From Octopus vulgaris (taxonomy: Eukaryota), in contig OX597837.1 in the NCBI GenBank assembly GCA_951406725.2, positions 35,526,001-35,590,000 on the forward strand: a stretch of 64,000 bases of DNA, read 5' to 3'. Each line of letters starts with the position of its first letter. Positions within the stretch are counted from its first letter, which is position 1. The position numbers were made by a program, and so were the translations under genes. Below, in pieces: positions 30,217-42,633 of this stretch. The notes under the pieces are model-generated. The model had not been told where the DNA came from, did not search any database, and worked only from the letters and a program-made list of their open reading frames with translations.

Positions 30217-30413
30217 AGTAGTGAGTGTTAGGGACAAAATTAGTTTAAAGGAGGCCCAGCTTTGCGTTCAGGACCCAGGGTAATTTTATTTGAGAAACTT
30301 GATTTTTGGTAAAAAAAATGTATATCTTAAATGCCATCACATACAATAAGAATAACAACAACAACAATAACAAAAATAATAATAGTAATAATAATAATAA
30401 TAAATAGCTCATT

Positions 30414-30419
30414 TTTATT
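30414..30419 (-). promoter_or_regulatory. candidate PIGU polyadenylation signal AATAAA
   Basis: AATAAA on the minus strand about 300 nt after the stop codon. Not unique in AT-rich DNA. Confidence 0.35.
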
Positions 30420-30716
30420 CATCTTTTCTGTTATATCTGTAAACATTTCATAAGTAAAATGTATAACAACTAAAAAAAAAAAAAAATTAAAAGAAACGGG
30501 TCTCAGAATAAAAGGAGACGTTTCCTTTTGAGAGAGAGAGAAAGAGAAGGAGAGAAAGAAGGGGAGAAAGAAGTTTTGTTCTTTAAAGTCAACTGCCATT
30601 TAGTTATGTTTTTGTACTTTTATGTGTGTTAGTCTGCACATGTGAGTGAGTGTGTGTGTGTGGTGATAATGGCATATAGAAATGGTAAATGGTTCAAAAA
30701 GAACCGCAAACTGCAT

Positions 30717-30830
30717 TCATTCTAAAACTGCTTGGCATTCCTTGCCATTTTCTAATTTATAATTGAGTCCATGATTCAGATCAAATTCCCAACGTAGGTT
30801 GGCGTACAAGAGATCCGTTACTAGAAAGAT
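30717..30830 (-). CDS. PIGU: PIGU last coding exon (IFLVTDLLYANLRWEFDLNHGLNYKLENGKECQAVLE*)
   Basis: Translated by hand; matches the PIG-U C-terminus (ILLISD..YAFLRREY.L.HG). Acceptor ttccag, TGA at 30717-30719. Confidence 0.92.
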   Translation of the reverse strand: MFLVTDLLYANLRWEFDLNHGLNYKLENGKECQAVLE

Positions 30831-31052
30831 CTGGAAACAGAAGGAGAAAAAAAAAAAAAGAGAGAGAGAAAAATAATTAGTAAAAAAAAAAAGAGGGAAA
30901 ATTTATGAACGTATATAAAACTAAGAAAACAAAACAAATGACAATGGATTAATTTGCTAATAAAGGCAACAAGCCAGAAATATGTGAAGGGACATAACTA
31001 AATACCACAAGGTATTTAATGTCACTCCGCCTATCTGACCATCCAATGACGG

Positions 31053-31073
31053 ATAATAAAAATAAAAATAATG

Positions 31074-31116
<43 letters not shown>

Positions 31117-31393
31117 TGATTAATAATAATAATGAAAATAATAATGAAAATAATAATAATAATAATGATAATAATAATGATAATAATAATAATAATGATA
31201 ATAATGATAATAATAATAATAATAATAATGATAATAATGATAATAATAATGATAATAATGATAATAATAATAATAATAATAATGAAAATAATAATGATAA
31301 TAATAATAATACTAATAATAATAATGAAAATAATAATGAAAATAATAATAATAATAATAAAAATAAAAATAACGATAATAATAATAATAATAA
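31053..31393. repeat. (AAT)n microsatellite
   Basis: Directly visible. Confidence 0.95.
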
Positions 31394-32387
31394 TCGTTTC
31401 TGCCATAGGCACAAGGCCTGGAATTTGTGGGGAGGGGTATAGTCAATCACAATGACCCCAGTGTTTTACTGGTATTTAATTTATTGGCCTCAAAAGAGTG
31501 AAAGACGTAGTTGACTGCGGTGGGGTTTGAACCCACAATGTAAAGACAGATGAAATGCCGCTAAGCATTTTGCCCAGCTTGCTAACAATTCTGCCGGCTT
31601 GCTACTGTAATAATAATAATAATAATAATAAAAATACAAGCTGTGTTTACACTGGAGATTAACAAACTGCATTTTATCACAATCCATCAATTGATGATGA
31701 TGATGACGATGATGATGATAATGATGTTGGTGATGATGATGACGACGACGACGACGAACGATTATGATGACGATCATCATCATCATCTAACATCCACGAT
31801 CCATGCTGGCATGGGTTGGATGGTGTTTCAGGGAACTGATGTGTTGAAGGACTGCATCGAGCCCCAATTCTTTTATTCGTTTCATTCCTTTGACTGCAGC
31901 CATGCTGGAGCACTGCCTTTAGTCGAACAAATCAACCCCCGGACTTACTCTTTCTAAGCCTAGTACTTAGTCTATCGGTCCCTTTTTTGCCGAACCAATA
32001 AGTTACAGGGGACATAAACATACCAACATTGGTTGTCAAGCGATGTTGGGGAGACAAACACAGACACACACACACACATATATGGCAGGCTTCTTTCAGT
32101 TTCCGTCTATCAAATCCACTCACAAAGCTTTGGTCGGCCCGAAGCTATAGTAGAAGACACTTGCCCAAGGTGCCATGCAGTGGGACTGAACCCGGAACCA
32201 TGTGGTTGGTAAGCAAGCTACTTACCACACAGCCACTCCTGTGCCTATATATATATTGAAAAAAAGGAGGCAGTCAAAATTTTGGACAATTCTTTATTAG
32301 CAATTTCGTTTGATAATCGAACGCTTTGAGAGTTCAGTAAAACAAACGAAAGTGGTAATAGAGAATTATCTAAAATTCTGGCTGTCT

Positions 32388-32438
<51 letters not shown>

Positions 32439-33032
32439 AAGTTCAGCAAAATTTAGATTCAAATGAATATGGTATTTAATTTAGATGCACCAGAATTTTG
32501 TATGGTGTTATCCATAAAAATCCGTGGGGTGATTATAATCAAAATAAGCAACAAGAATGACTCCGGTAATTTGGTACGATCGTTTCGTACTACATCATTT
32601 TATTAAATGTTGTAAGTATTACAACAGTTTTAAAATGCTGAGCACTCATCAGCCAATTATAGAGGTTTTCCATTAATACAAAAATTTTCATATCAAGTGG
32701 CAACATTATTTTGATATATATCATTTTGATATATATATATATATATACATGATGGGATTCTTTCAGTTTCCTTCTACCAAATCCACTCACAAGGCTTGGT
32801 CAGTTCAAGGTTATAATAAAAAACTCTTGCCCAAGGTGCTCCACAGTGGGACTGAACCTGGAACCATGTGATTGGGGCGCATGCTTCTAACCACATGGCC
32901 ATGTCTGCGCCTATCCATGTAAAAAAAAAAAAACCCACCCCTAAAACAGATAATGGCCAGAACAATTTGTACGAACAAGAATGCTAAGTCGGTTCATAAA
33001 CAGAACGAGGAACATGAAATTCCAGAACTTAC

Positions 33033-33175
33033 TTCTGCTGTTGTGAAGACCAGAGTAATGGCGAAATAAAAGTTGGCGTTGGCACTGCCAGCGTAGAGCC
33101 AGAGGTGCCAGAGCAGCGGAGAGAAAACGGTACTGGTGATAAACATACAGGTTACTATAAAACTGTTCCGTAAAT
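33033..33175 (-). CDS. PIGU: PIGU coding exon 10 (YLRNSFIV...LWHLWLYAGSANANFYFAITLVFTTAE)
   Basis: Hallmark LWHLW.YAGSAN.NF..AITL motif. Acceptor ctcag, donor gtaagt, 143 nt. Confidence 0.97.
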
Positions 33176-33678
33176 CTGAGAAAGAGAAAAAGAAAAACAT
33201 AAAGGAAAGGAAGATGAAATGTGGCAGGACAACTGGAGCAGAGCGTGTGTGTGTGTGTTAATTACAGTGATAGTATGTGTGTGTATTGTTGGAAGCACTC
33301 CGTCGGTTACGACGACGAGGGTTCCGATTGATCCGTATCAACGGAACAGCCTGCTCGTGAAATTAACGTGTAAGTGGCTGAGCACTCCACAGACACGTGT
33401 ACCCTTAACGTAGTTCTCGGGGATATTCAGCGTGACACAGAGAGTGACAAGGCCAGCCCTTTGAAATACAGGTACAACAGAAACAGGAAGTAAGAGTGAG
33501 AGAAAGTTGTGGTGAAAGAGTACAGACAGTGATAGTATGTGTGTGTATTAGTGTTTGTCTAAACACTCACAATGCCCGGTCTGGGAATCGAAACCGCGAT
33601 CCTATGACCGCGAGTCCGCTGCCCTAACCACTGGGCCATTGCGCCTCCATGTGTGTGTATTAGTGTTTGTCTTAATAC

Positions 33679-33719
<41 letters not shown>

Positions 33720-33974
33720 AATGATTGTGATAGTGTATATGTGTGTGTATCAGTGTTTGTGTGTGTTTTAGTGTTAGTATGTGTGTGTTAGTAGTGTTAA
33801 TGACTGTGATAGTATGTGAGTGTGTGTGTTAGTGTTAATAATACATGTGTGTGTGTGTGTGTGTAATTGCAGAAAGAAAGAGGTGAAAACACTAGTGGAA
33901 GAAGACAAGTGGAGGAGGAAGAAGACAGGTGGTGACTGAAGACGAAGAAATTTGGAAAACAAGGAAGACTGAGT

Positions 33975-34048
33975 GAGAAAGATAAGAAGAGAACAGAAAG
34001 AGAGAAAAGAGAGAGAGAGAGGGGAGAGAGAGAGGGGGGAGAGAGAGA

Positions 34049-34093
<45 letters not shown>

Positions 34094-34740
34094 AGAGAGA
34101 GAAGAAAGAGAGAGGGGAGAGAGAAGAAAAGAGAGGAGAGAGAGAAGAAAGAGAGAGGAGAGAGAAGAAAGAGAGAGGAGAGAGAAGAAAGAGAGAGGGG
34201 AGAGAGAAGAAAGATAGAGGGGAGAGAGAAGAAAGATAGAGGAGAGAGAGAAGAAAGAGAGGAGAGAGAGAAGAAAGAGAGGAGAGAGAGAAGAAAGAAA
34301 GAGAAGAGAGACAAGAAAGAGAGAGGGGAGAGAAGAAAGAGAGGGGAGAGAGAAGAAAGAGAGGAGAGAGAGAAGAAAGAAAGAGAAGAGAGACAAGAAA
34401 GAGAGAGGGGAGAGAAGAAAGATAGAGGGGAGAGAGAAGAAAGAGAGGGGAGAGAGAAGAAAGAGAGGAGAGAGAGAAGAAAGAAAGAGAAGAGAGACAA
34501 GAAAGAGAGAGGGGAGAGAAGAAAGATAGAGGGGAGAGAGAAGAAAGAGAGGGGAGAGAGAGAAGGAAGAGAGAGGAGAGAGAAGAGAGAGGAGGGAGAA
34601 AGAAGAGAGAGGAGTGAGAGAGAGAGGAGAGAAGGAAGAGACAGAGTAGTGAGAAGAGAGAGAGAGAAGGAAGAGAGAGAGAGGAGAGAGAGAAGAAAGA
34701 GAGGGGAGAGAAGAAAAAGAGAGGAGAGAGAAGGGGGGAA
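33975..34740. repeat. ~770-bp polypurine (GA-rich) tract in PIGU intron 9
   Basis: Almost only G/A on the plus strand; produces the spurious L/S/F extension of ORF 33774-35264. Confidence 0.92.
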
Positions 34741-34885
34741 TATACTGAAGGATAGAGAAAGAAGAAAAGAGAGGAATAAGAAAGAATAAAAGAAAAATAC
34801 GAAATGAGGAGACAGAAAAAAAAAATTAGAAAAGAGGAAAATAAAAAATAAAATTTAATAAAAAAAACTATGTTGAGGAACTTAC

Positions 34886-35154
34886 ACGGAAATAAATGTT
34901 TCCAAAGTGGAAGGAGACAGAGGAAGAGTGCGACATCTGAGTAACTTGGATAAGACTTGAAGACTCCGGTGAGGAATGTGAGAATGTACATAAGGAAGAG
35001 AGGCTGCTCTTTGAAGCGAATCGCAAGAGGAACCGTGTAGACGATGGCGTTGATTTGGAACACAAAGAGGAAGAACACCCGGAAGTGTTCAAACATCTCA
35101 GTGAAGAAATACCAGAAGACACCAATGTTTGGTGTTAAATCCGGAACTGTGAAT
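34886..35154 (-). CDS. PIGU: PIGU coding exon 9 (FTVPDLTPNIGVFWYFFTEMFEHF...FKSYPSYSDVAL...WKHLFP)
   Basis: Hallmark PIG-U motifs VPDLTPNIG.FWYFF.EMFEHF and FKSYP. Acceptor ttgtag, donor gtaagt, 269 nt. Confidence 0.97.
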
Positions 35155-35254
35155 CTACAAAAGAGAGAAAGGAAAGTAGGGGTAAAATGGGTGGAAGAGA
35201 AAGACAAAATTTCTAGAAAATTCTTTTGAGGGATTTGAATGTACGTGTGTATAT

Positions 35255-35306
<52 letters not shown>

Positions 35307-35787
35307 TCATCGTTTAACGTCCGTTCTCCATGCTAGCATGGGTTGGACGGTTCGACCGGGGATCTGGGAAGCCAGAAGGCTGCACCAGGCTCCGGTCTGA
35401 TCTGTATATATATATATTTTCTTTTACTTGTTTCAGTCATTTTGACTGCGGCCATGCTGGAGCACCACCTTTAATTGAGCAAATCGACCCCGGGACTTAT
35501 TCTTTGTAAGCCCAGTACTTAATCTATCGGGGACATAAACACACCAGCATCGGTTGTCAAGCAATGCTAGGGGAACAAACACATATACATATATACGACA
35601 GGCTTCTTTCAGTTTCCGTCTACCAAATCCACTCACAAGGCTTTGGTCGGCCCAAGGCTATAGTAGAAGACACTTGCCCAAGGTGCCACGCAGTGGGACT
35701 GAACCCGGAACCATGTGGTTGGTAAACAAGCTACTTACCACACAGCCACTCCTGCACCTATTTATATATATATATATATATATATAA

Positions 35788-36190
35788 TAAATCTCTGAAC
35801 GAGGTATAAACAGTAGCTGCATGACAATGTGAAGTATATTTGTCACTTAAATGTGGCTAACCACTAAGGGTGGATGCTACTGTAGCTTGTAGCCCCAGGA
35901 GGACACCTCCTCCAGCTGGCTATTGACGCACTTTCTGTGCCCTATCAGTATTTGCAAAGGGAAGCCATCCTTCCCATCGTCGACCTAACGTGATACGCAT
36001 GGACCCGGGTTTCTGGGTATTTACCCGTCGTCAGTGCATGATAATCACTGGTCTTCGATGCGAAGGGGCCCCAATGCAAATACATATATCCTTTTTCCAG
36101 TGACGAAAAGTCACTGATCTCGAAAAAGTGTAAAGAAGCAATACTAAATCTCTGAACGAGGTATAAACAGTAACTGCATGACAATGTGAA

Positions 36191-36196
<6 letters not shown>
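35788..36196 (-). mobile_element. retrozyme/Penelope-pLTR-like element: 357-nt unit plus 52-bp terminal direct repeat, with hammerhead-like core at ~35993-36045
   Basis: Direct repeats at 35788-35839 and 36145-36196. Minus strand reads CTGACGA-cgggtaaataccca-GAAA-cccggg-TC. Flanked by (TA)n. Confidence 0.6.
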
Positions 36197-36222
<26 letters not shown>

Positions 36223-36758
36223 TCTCTCTTTTACTTGTTTCAGTCATTTGACTGTAGCCATGCTGGAGCACCGCCTTTAGTCGAGCAAATCGACCCCAGG
36301 ACATATTCTTTGTAAGCCTAGTACTTATTCTATCAGTCACTTTTGCCGAACCGCTAAGTAACAGGGACGATGTTGGGGGGCACAAACACACATATAAACA
36401 TATACATACACATAGATACATATATACGACGGGCTTCTTTCAGTTTCCGTCTACCAAATCCACTTACGCATGCGCAGAAGTGTTTGTTCGACTAGGTGCT
36501 GCTGGCTTAATTACGCACGACTCAAGTTAGAGAAGGGGTGCATATTATACACAAGGTTTAGGCTTTTCAGAGGTACAGCCTCCTAAAAATCCCCTGCGTA
36601 TTATACTCAAGGGCAGACTATACTTGAGGATTTACGGTATATGTATAGCTGGAATGTCTCCTGGTTACCCCAATCAAGGCCAACTGGAGGTTAAACAACA
36701 ATGTAAACAAACTTGAGAAGGAGGAGGAGGAGGAGAAGAAGAAAGAAAAGGTCCTTAC

Positions 36759-36922
36759 ATGAATCCATATATGGAATTAAAGAACTGCAGGGAGTCTTGT
36801 AGCATGTAAGAAATACTGAACAGCAGGCTTAACCAAAATACAAAAAGGATGAATGTTTTTATAAAATATGGCAAACTAGATGTGGTGTTTGAGTCTGTGT
36901 TTTTCTTTCGATAGCAATCACA
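36759..36922 (-). CDS. PIGU: PIGU coding exon 8 (CDCYRKK...LQFFNSIYGF+2 nt)
   Basis: Hydrophobic helix ending in YGF, as in PIG-U. Acceptor ttccag, donor gtaagg, 164 nt, phase 0 to 2. Confidence 0.9.
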
Positions 36923-38408
36923 CTGGAAATAGAGGAAAAAGAGAAGAAAAAAAAACATGAAACACAAATGTAATTAAGGTATGGATATGGTCTTTGAGGT
37001 CAAGCAACAGCAGAAGTGGTGGTGGTGGTGGTCCCAGTCACCAGTGCTTAACAGCTACTCGTTTTTATTTACCCCCAAAGGATGTAAAGCAAAGTCACTT
37101 CGGCAACATTTGAAATCAGAATGTAAAGAGCCGGAAGGCTGCATGGGCAATGGTCGGGGATAGTTCCCTTCAGTCACAAGTGGACGACCGTCATCATCAT
37201 ATATGTGTGTCTGTGTAACCCATGCCAACATGGAAAATACACATGAAAGAATGATGATTCAAGTAAGTTTATATACATACACTCTCTTATTCTTTCATTC
37301 TTTCTTTTTTTCAGCCCCTTCACACTTACTTCATTCTTTCGCTCTGCCCCTCTCACATTTTCTGACCTTCCCTCCTCTTTCACTTCACTTTGTCCCTTCA
37401 CTTATTTTCTAATCCCTCCCTAATTCTTTTATCCCTCTGCCTCTACCTCTCCTCTCCTTCCACATGACCGGTGTGTATGGATATGGTCTTTCTTGGTTTG
37501 ACTACCATCCATGCAACATCTATATTCCTCCCCATGCCTGTTATCTCTTAAGTGTCTGCCATAAGGCTTCACTTCCACATGCCAGCTTAATTTAATTCAT
37601 TCTTAGTTAAAATACACATGTTATTAACGTCCTGTTGTTTGCATTTGTATTTGTGTACCATTTCTCTGTTTTTTCTGTCCTTGTTTTCTTCTAAGGAATC
37701 TAGGGCTCTTAGCTTAGATTTTTCCTGGGGCTGGCCAGATTGGAGCAGTCTCAAGTATAACCAACCAAAACTGCAAAGATAATCTGGAACTCGACTGACG
37801 AGAGAAAACTCCGAATGATCCATCCTTGTCCCTTTTTGTATCATCTAACTGATCATTACCTGTGTCACCTTACTGGCATTTGTGCTGGTGGTATGTGCAA
37901 AAAACATTCAAGCGAGGTTGTTGCCAGTGGCACGTAAAAGCACCCACTACACTCTTGGAGTGGTTGGCATTAGGAAGGGCATCCAGCTATAGAAACTCTG
38001 CCAGATCAAGATTGAAGCCTGGTGCAGCCATCTGGTTCACCAGCCCTCAGTCAATCGTCCAACCCATGCTAGTATGGAAAGCGGACGTTAAACGACGACA
38101 ACGATGATGATGATGATGATATGCTTGGCACCACATAGCTCTGTCATCACCAAACCAGCCTCAATTAAGTAAAGCAACAATCTATGGTACTCTAGCTGTG
38201 GTCATCTTGTCTTATATTTTTCTCCACACAGTCCACCTTGGGCTGCATTATCTAACGTGTTCTTCCCATTTTTTTAAGGTGTGAGATCTGACATAGATTT
38301 AGCTGCTGTTTTTAGCTGTTTGACCAACCGCATAAAGACTTTCAGAGTCAGAGAGTCCTGATGGATTAATGGTAGTAAGAGAGAGAGAGAGAGAGAAAGG
38401 ATACTGAC

Positions 38409-38506
38409 CTGGTAGAAATATAGAGCCGCTGGGACACAGAGCACCACAGGGTAGAAGCATTCATAGGTGGCCATTGCCAGGCATAAGGTGGATAGGATCA
38501 TGTTGG
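38409..38506 (-). CDS. PIGU: PIGU coding exon 7 (ANMILSTLCLAMATYECFYPVVLCVPAALYFYQ)
   Basis: LA.ATY...YP...VP motif. Acceptor ccgcag, donor gtcagt, 98 nt, phase 1 to 0. Confidence 0.92.
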
Positions 38507-38509
38507 CTG

Positions 38510-39490
38510 CGGAGAGAAAGAGAGACAGAGTGAGTGAGTGTGTATGAGAGAGAGTGTGAGTGTGAGTGAGTGCATGAGAGTGAGTGTGAGTGAGTGCATG
38601 AGAGAGAGTGTGTGTGTGAGAAAGTGAGTGTATGAGTGAATGTGAGGGTGAGTGAGTGCATGAGAGAGAGTGTATGAGAGTGAGTGTGAGGGTGAGTGAG
38701 TGCATGAGAGAGAGTGTGTGTGTGTGTGAGAAAGAGAGTATGTGTGAGAGTGAGTGTGAGGGTGAGTGAGCGCATGAGAGAGAGTGTGTATGTGAGAGTG
38801 AATGTGTCTAAATGAGACAGTGAGGCTATATGAGAGAGAGAGAGAATGTGTGTGTGGATGTGTGTGCATGCTAGAGAGAGAGAGAGAGACAGAAGGAGTG
38901 TATGTGTGTATGAGAAAGACAGTGTATATGTGAATGTGAGTGAGAGTGTGTGTGTAGGAGAAAGAGAGTGTATGTCTGAGGGTGAGTGAGTGCATGAGAA
39001 AGAGAGGGGGAGTGTGTGGAGTGTGTGTGTGTATGAGAAAGAGAATGTATGTTAGAGTGTGTCTTAATGAGAGAGTGAGGCTATACGAGAGAGAGAGAGA
39101 GAGTGTGTGTGTGTGTGAGAGAGAGAGAGAGTGTGTGTGTGTGTGTGAGAGAGAGAGAGAAAGAGTGTGTGTATGTGAGAGAGAGAGAGAAAGAGTGTGT
39201 GTGTATGTGAGAGAGAGAGAGAGAGAGAGAGAGTGTGTGTGTGTATGTGAGAGAGAGAGAGAGAGAAAGAGTGTGGATGTGTGTGTGTGTGAGACAGTGA
39301 GTGTATGGAAGAGTGTGAGCATAAATATGAATCTGAAAGTGTGATAGAGAGGGAGAGAGAAAGAGAGAGTGAGAGTGTGTGAAACAGTAAGGGTATGCAA
39401 AAGAGAGAGAGAGGAAGTGTGAGAGAGGAAGACAGTTTGTGTATGTGAGAGGGAGAGAGAGAGAGGGAGAGAGAGAAAGAGAGTGATGTA
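38510..39490. repeat. (GA)/(GT) compound microsatellite region
   Basis: Directly visible. Confidence 0.9.
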
Positions 39491-40316
39491 TTTTAGGATG
39501 TTGGCCAGAAACACTATACACACACACACACGCATATGACAGCAAAAAACTGCATCCCAAAGACAACCCCTTCCCCTCCCAGCTTTCATAAAATAGTTCA
39601 ATTCTGACCAACTAGGGACTCACACCCCAACCACAAACATTATTCCTTTCAGCCCCTTCCAGTGCAATACCAACAGCCTCTGCTCCCCCACAAGCAGTTA
39701 AATGCCTACCACCTCCACCTCAGTCCATTAAGCTTCCCTCAACGCATTGCAGTCTCTCCCCTACTTCTCTACCGAAGCCCTTTGCTCCTTAAAGACCATA
39801 AGCCATCAACGATGTTTCTCCCTTGTTCTTGACTCTGGGCTGTCTTTTCTGCTTCCCCCCAGTTGGATCCCTGCTCTTTTTCAACTCTGCCTTAGTATCC
39901 TACTTCCAGCTATTTTTAGGGTTTCCTCACTTCCAGCTCCTTTGTGGGTTCCAGATTAGGGCCTGATGTATAATGTAGGATACTGATTTCCTTGAGGTGT
40001 GTTCCATGCAAAAAAAGCACCCATGCCAGTGTCACATAGAAAGTACCCAGTACTCTCTGTAAAGTAGTTGGTACAAGGAAGGGCATCCAACCAAAGAAAC
40101 CAAACCAAATCAGACTGGAATCTGGTGCAGCCCTCCAGCTTGGCAGCTCTGGTTAAATCATCCAATCCATGCCAGCATGGAAAGCAGAGTAATAATCATT
40201 TCACAAGTATCACACAATGTCAAGACAAGGGAACACAAACACACACACATTACATATATCAACTTTAAATATATGTATTTATACATACACACACCTATAC
40301 ATATTCATATACATAT

Positions 40317-40705
40317 ACTAGCAGTATCGCCCGGCATTGCTCGGGTTTGTTTCGACCCGCTGGAATTGGAATTTTTGAAAAGTAAAAATTTTGCATTATG
40401 TAGCTTGTTATTCTCTTCAAGTGAACATTTTTCCGGTTGAAATATACCGAAAACTGGCGACACAGCAGTGAAAAAATCGTAAAAAATAGGGATTTTCATA
40501 GAAAAAAGCACCTCTTTGATGTAAATAATTTTTGGTGTTAACATGGTCCGATTTGAATTTTATCTTCTACGGAAGGAAGAGCAACCCTTCTTCTATCATA
40601 CTCTCAATTTTGGTCAACTTGCGCCGCAGGGTCTGAGAGGAGACAGTGTTAGTTGAAGGTTACCAAACCTGGCGCACACAGACAACTTCAGCTTTATATA
40701 TAGAG
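40317..40705 (+). mobile_element. non-autonomous Helitron/Helentron (HINE/DINE-like) element
   Basis: Starts actag..cccggc..gctcggg (short hairpin) and ends cacacagac...tttatatatag, the usual HINE layout. Confidence 0.55.
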
Positions 40706-41053
40706 AGATATGTATATACAGAAATTATGGAACTTTTTCATAGATAGGTTTATTTTTCTATTGGATTTACAGTTGATCAAAAATAGTACATCATTTCTAT
40801 TTTCCGGGAATTCATTATCGAAATGATATAGTATGTGAATACCTACTAAGTCAGTAACTTGGGCTGAATTGGCTGATCCCATGGTTATGTATGTATGTGG
40901 AGCCTGGTGCAGCCTCCTGGCTTCCCAGACCCCGGTCGAACCATCCAACCTGAGCTAGCACGGAAAACGGACGTTAAACGATGATGATGATGATGATGAT
41001 GATGTGTGTGTAGTGTATGTGTTTACTCTGAAGAATTTTGAAGATGAACAAAC

Positions 41054-41154
41054 CTTTAGCAGTCCAGTAGAAAGCCAACAAAATTAAAAAATTATGGATT
41101 ATTCCAGTTGATCTGGCTAAACAAACTCCAATACTGTATGGATTCAAGAAATGC
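41054..41154 (-). CDS. PIGU: PIGU coding exon 6 (HFLNPYSIGVCLARSTGIIHNFLILLAFYWTAK)
   Basis: Conserved LNPY.I..C.A.ST motif. Acceptor ttccag, donor gtttgt, 101 nt, phase 2 to 1. Confidence 0.93.
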
Positions 41155-41340
41155 CTGGAAAAGATCAAAAAAAAAAAAAAAGGAAAGAAAAGAAAACAAT
41201 TTTATTAAACATTTCATTATAGACAGCAAAACTTAGATAAATTAATGGGACACACAGACAAAGGGCAAATGCCAACCAAGGAGTAATAAAAGCCACATAC
41301 AGAATTTACACAAGAAAAAGAATACAAATATATACAAATC

Positions 41341-42379
41341 TTTATACACGGAGAGAAGAACCTTGACGGGACTTCTTACATGCTAAAAAGGGCAGTTAAA
41401 CCCAAACCACAAGAAAAGGAAATCCTTAAGGGCACACTGCTAATAGGCACTACAGCGAATAAAAAAATTAGTTAATTCTAATTCACTGTAGTGTCTATTA
41501 GCAGCGTGTCTTAAGAATTCCTTTTTTTTTTTTGTGGTTTGGGTTTACTGCCCTTTTTAGCATGTAAGAAGTCCTGTTAAGTGTCTTCTCTCCGTGTATA
41601 AATCTTTATACACTCTTATATATAAAAATATTTTGTCGTGACTTTTATTAAGCATGTGAACCACTGGAAATAAATTATTTTAATTTTTTTACCCTTACAC
41701 ACACACATATATATATATATACTGGAGATGTACTTGCATAGCATGTGACCTGATCTGAGAATGTGTGCTAGAACGAAAACAATTGTAGTGTGGAAGGTGT
41801 TTATAAGCAATTTAAGAAACACACAAAAACATTTCACTTCAACATTTAAATTTAATTTGCCAAAATATTTTCGTTGCTTTGAGACCGCAACCTGTTCACT
41901 GACAAAATTTCGTGCTGCATCTCAGTGAACAGGTCGCAGCTTCAAAGCACCGAAAATATTTTGGCAAATTAAATTTAAATGTTGAAGTGAATCTAACGAT
42001 TTTTGTGTGTTTCTTAAAAGGCTTATGAACACCTTCCATGCTGCAATTCTTTATATATATATTACATTTCTAAATCTCTCAGAGAGACTTGTACAGTAGC
42101 AGCATGATAAAGTGATAGTATGTTGTCAACTTAATGTGACAGTCCCATAAAAGGGAGGAATGCTACTGTTATTTAGCCCTAGGAAACACCGTTTCCAGTT
42201 GGCCATGACACATTTTCTGTGTCCTTATGTTTACAAAGGGGGAGATAAGCACCTCTACCCAGCAATGCATAAGGACACAGAAAATGTAACATGGCCAACT
42301 GGAAATGGTGTTTCCTAGGGCTAAATAGCAGTAGCATTCTTCCTTTTCATGGGACTGTCACATTAAGTTGACAACATAC

Positions 42380-42435
<56 letters not shown>

Positions 42436-42633
42436 GGAGTAAACACATAAATGTGAAACAAGATGGAAAAAGAGTACTCAAATACCAGTGGTAGAGTAAT
42501 ATGCTTTATTTAAAGCAGCAGAAAATTCAACAAAACCTGTTACTCTGAGTTTCAGTTCCCGTTCGTCGGACAGTTTTTGTTGTGAAACTCAGAGTAACAG
42601 GTTTTGTTGAATTTTCTGCTGCTTTAAATAAAG
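41341..42633. repeat. cluster of four long foldback inverted repeats (41341-41602, 41781-42048, 42111-42385, 42504-42633)
   Basis: Each arm reads as the reverse complement of its partner; arms of about 50-120 bp. Confidence 0.9.

Noticed and set aside
33774-35264. 496-aa ORF as a single gene
   Set aside because: Only 34886-35154 is a PIGU exon; the rest is read-through into an intronic GA/CT tract.
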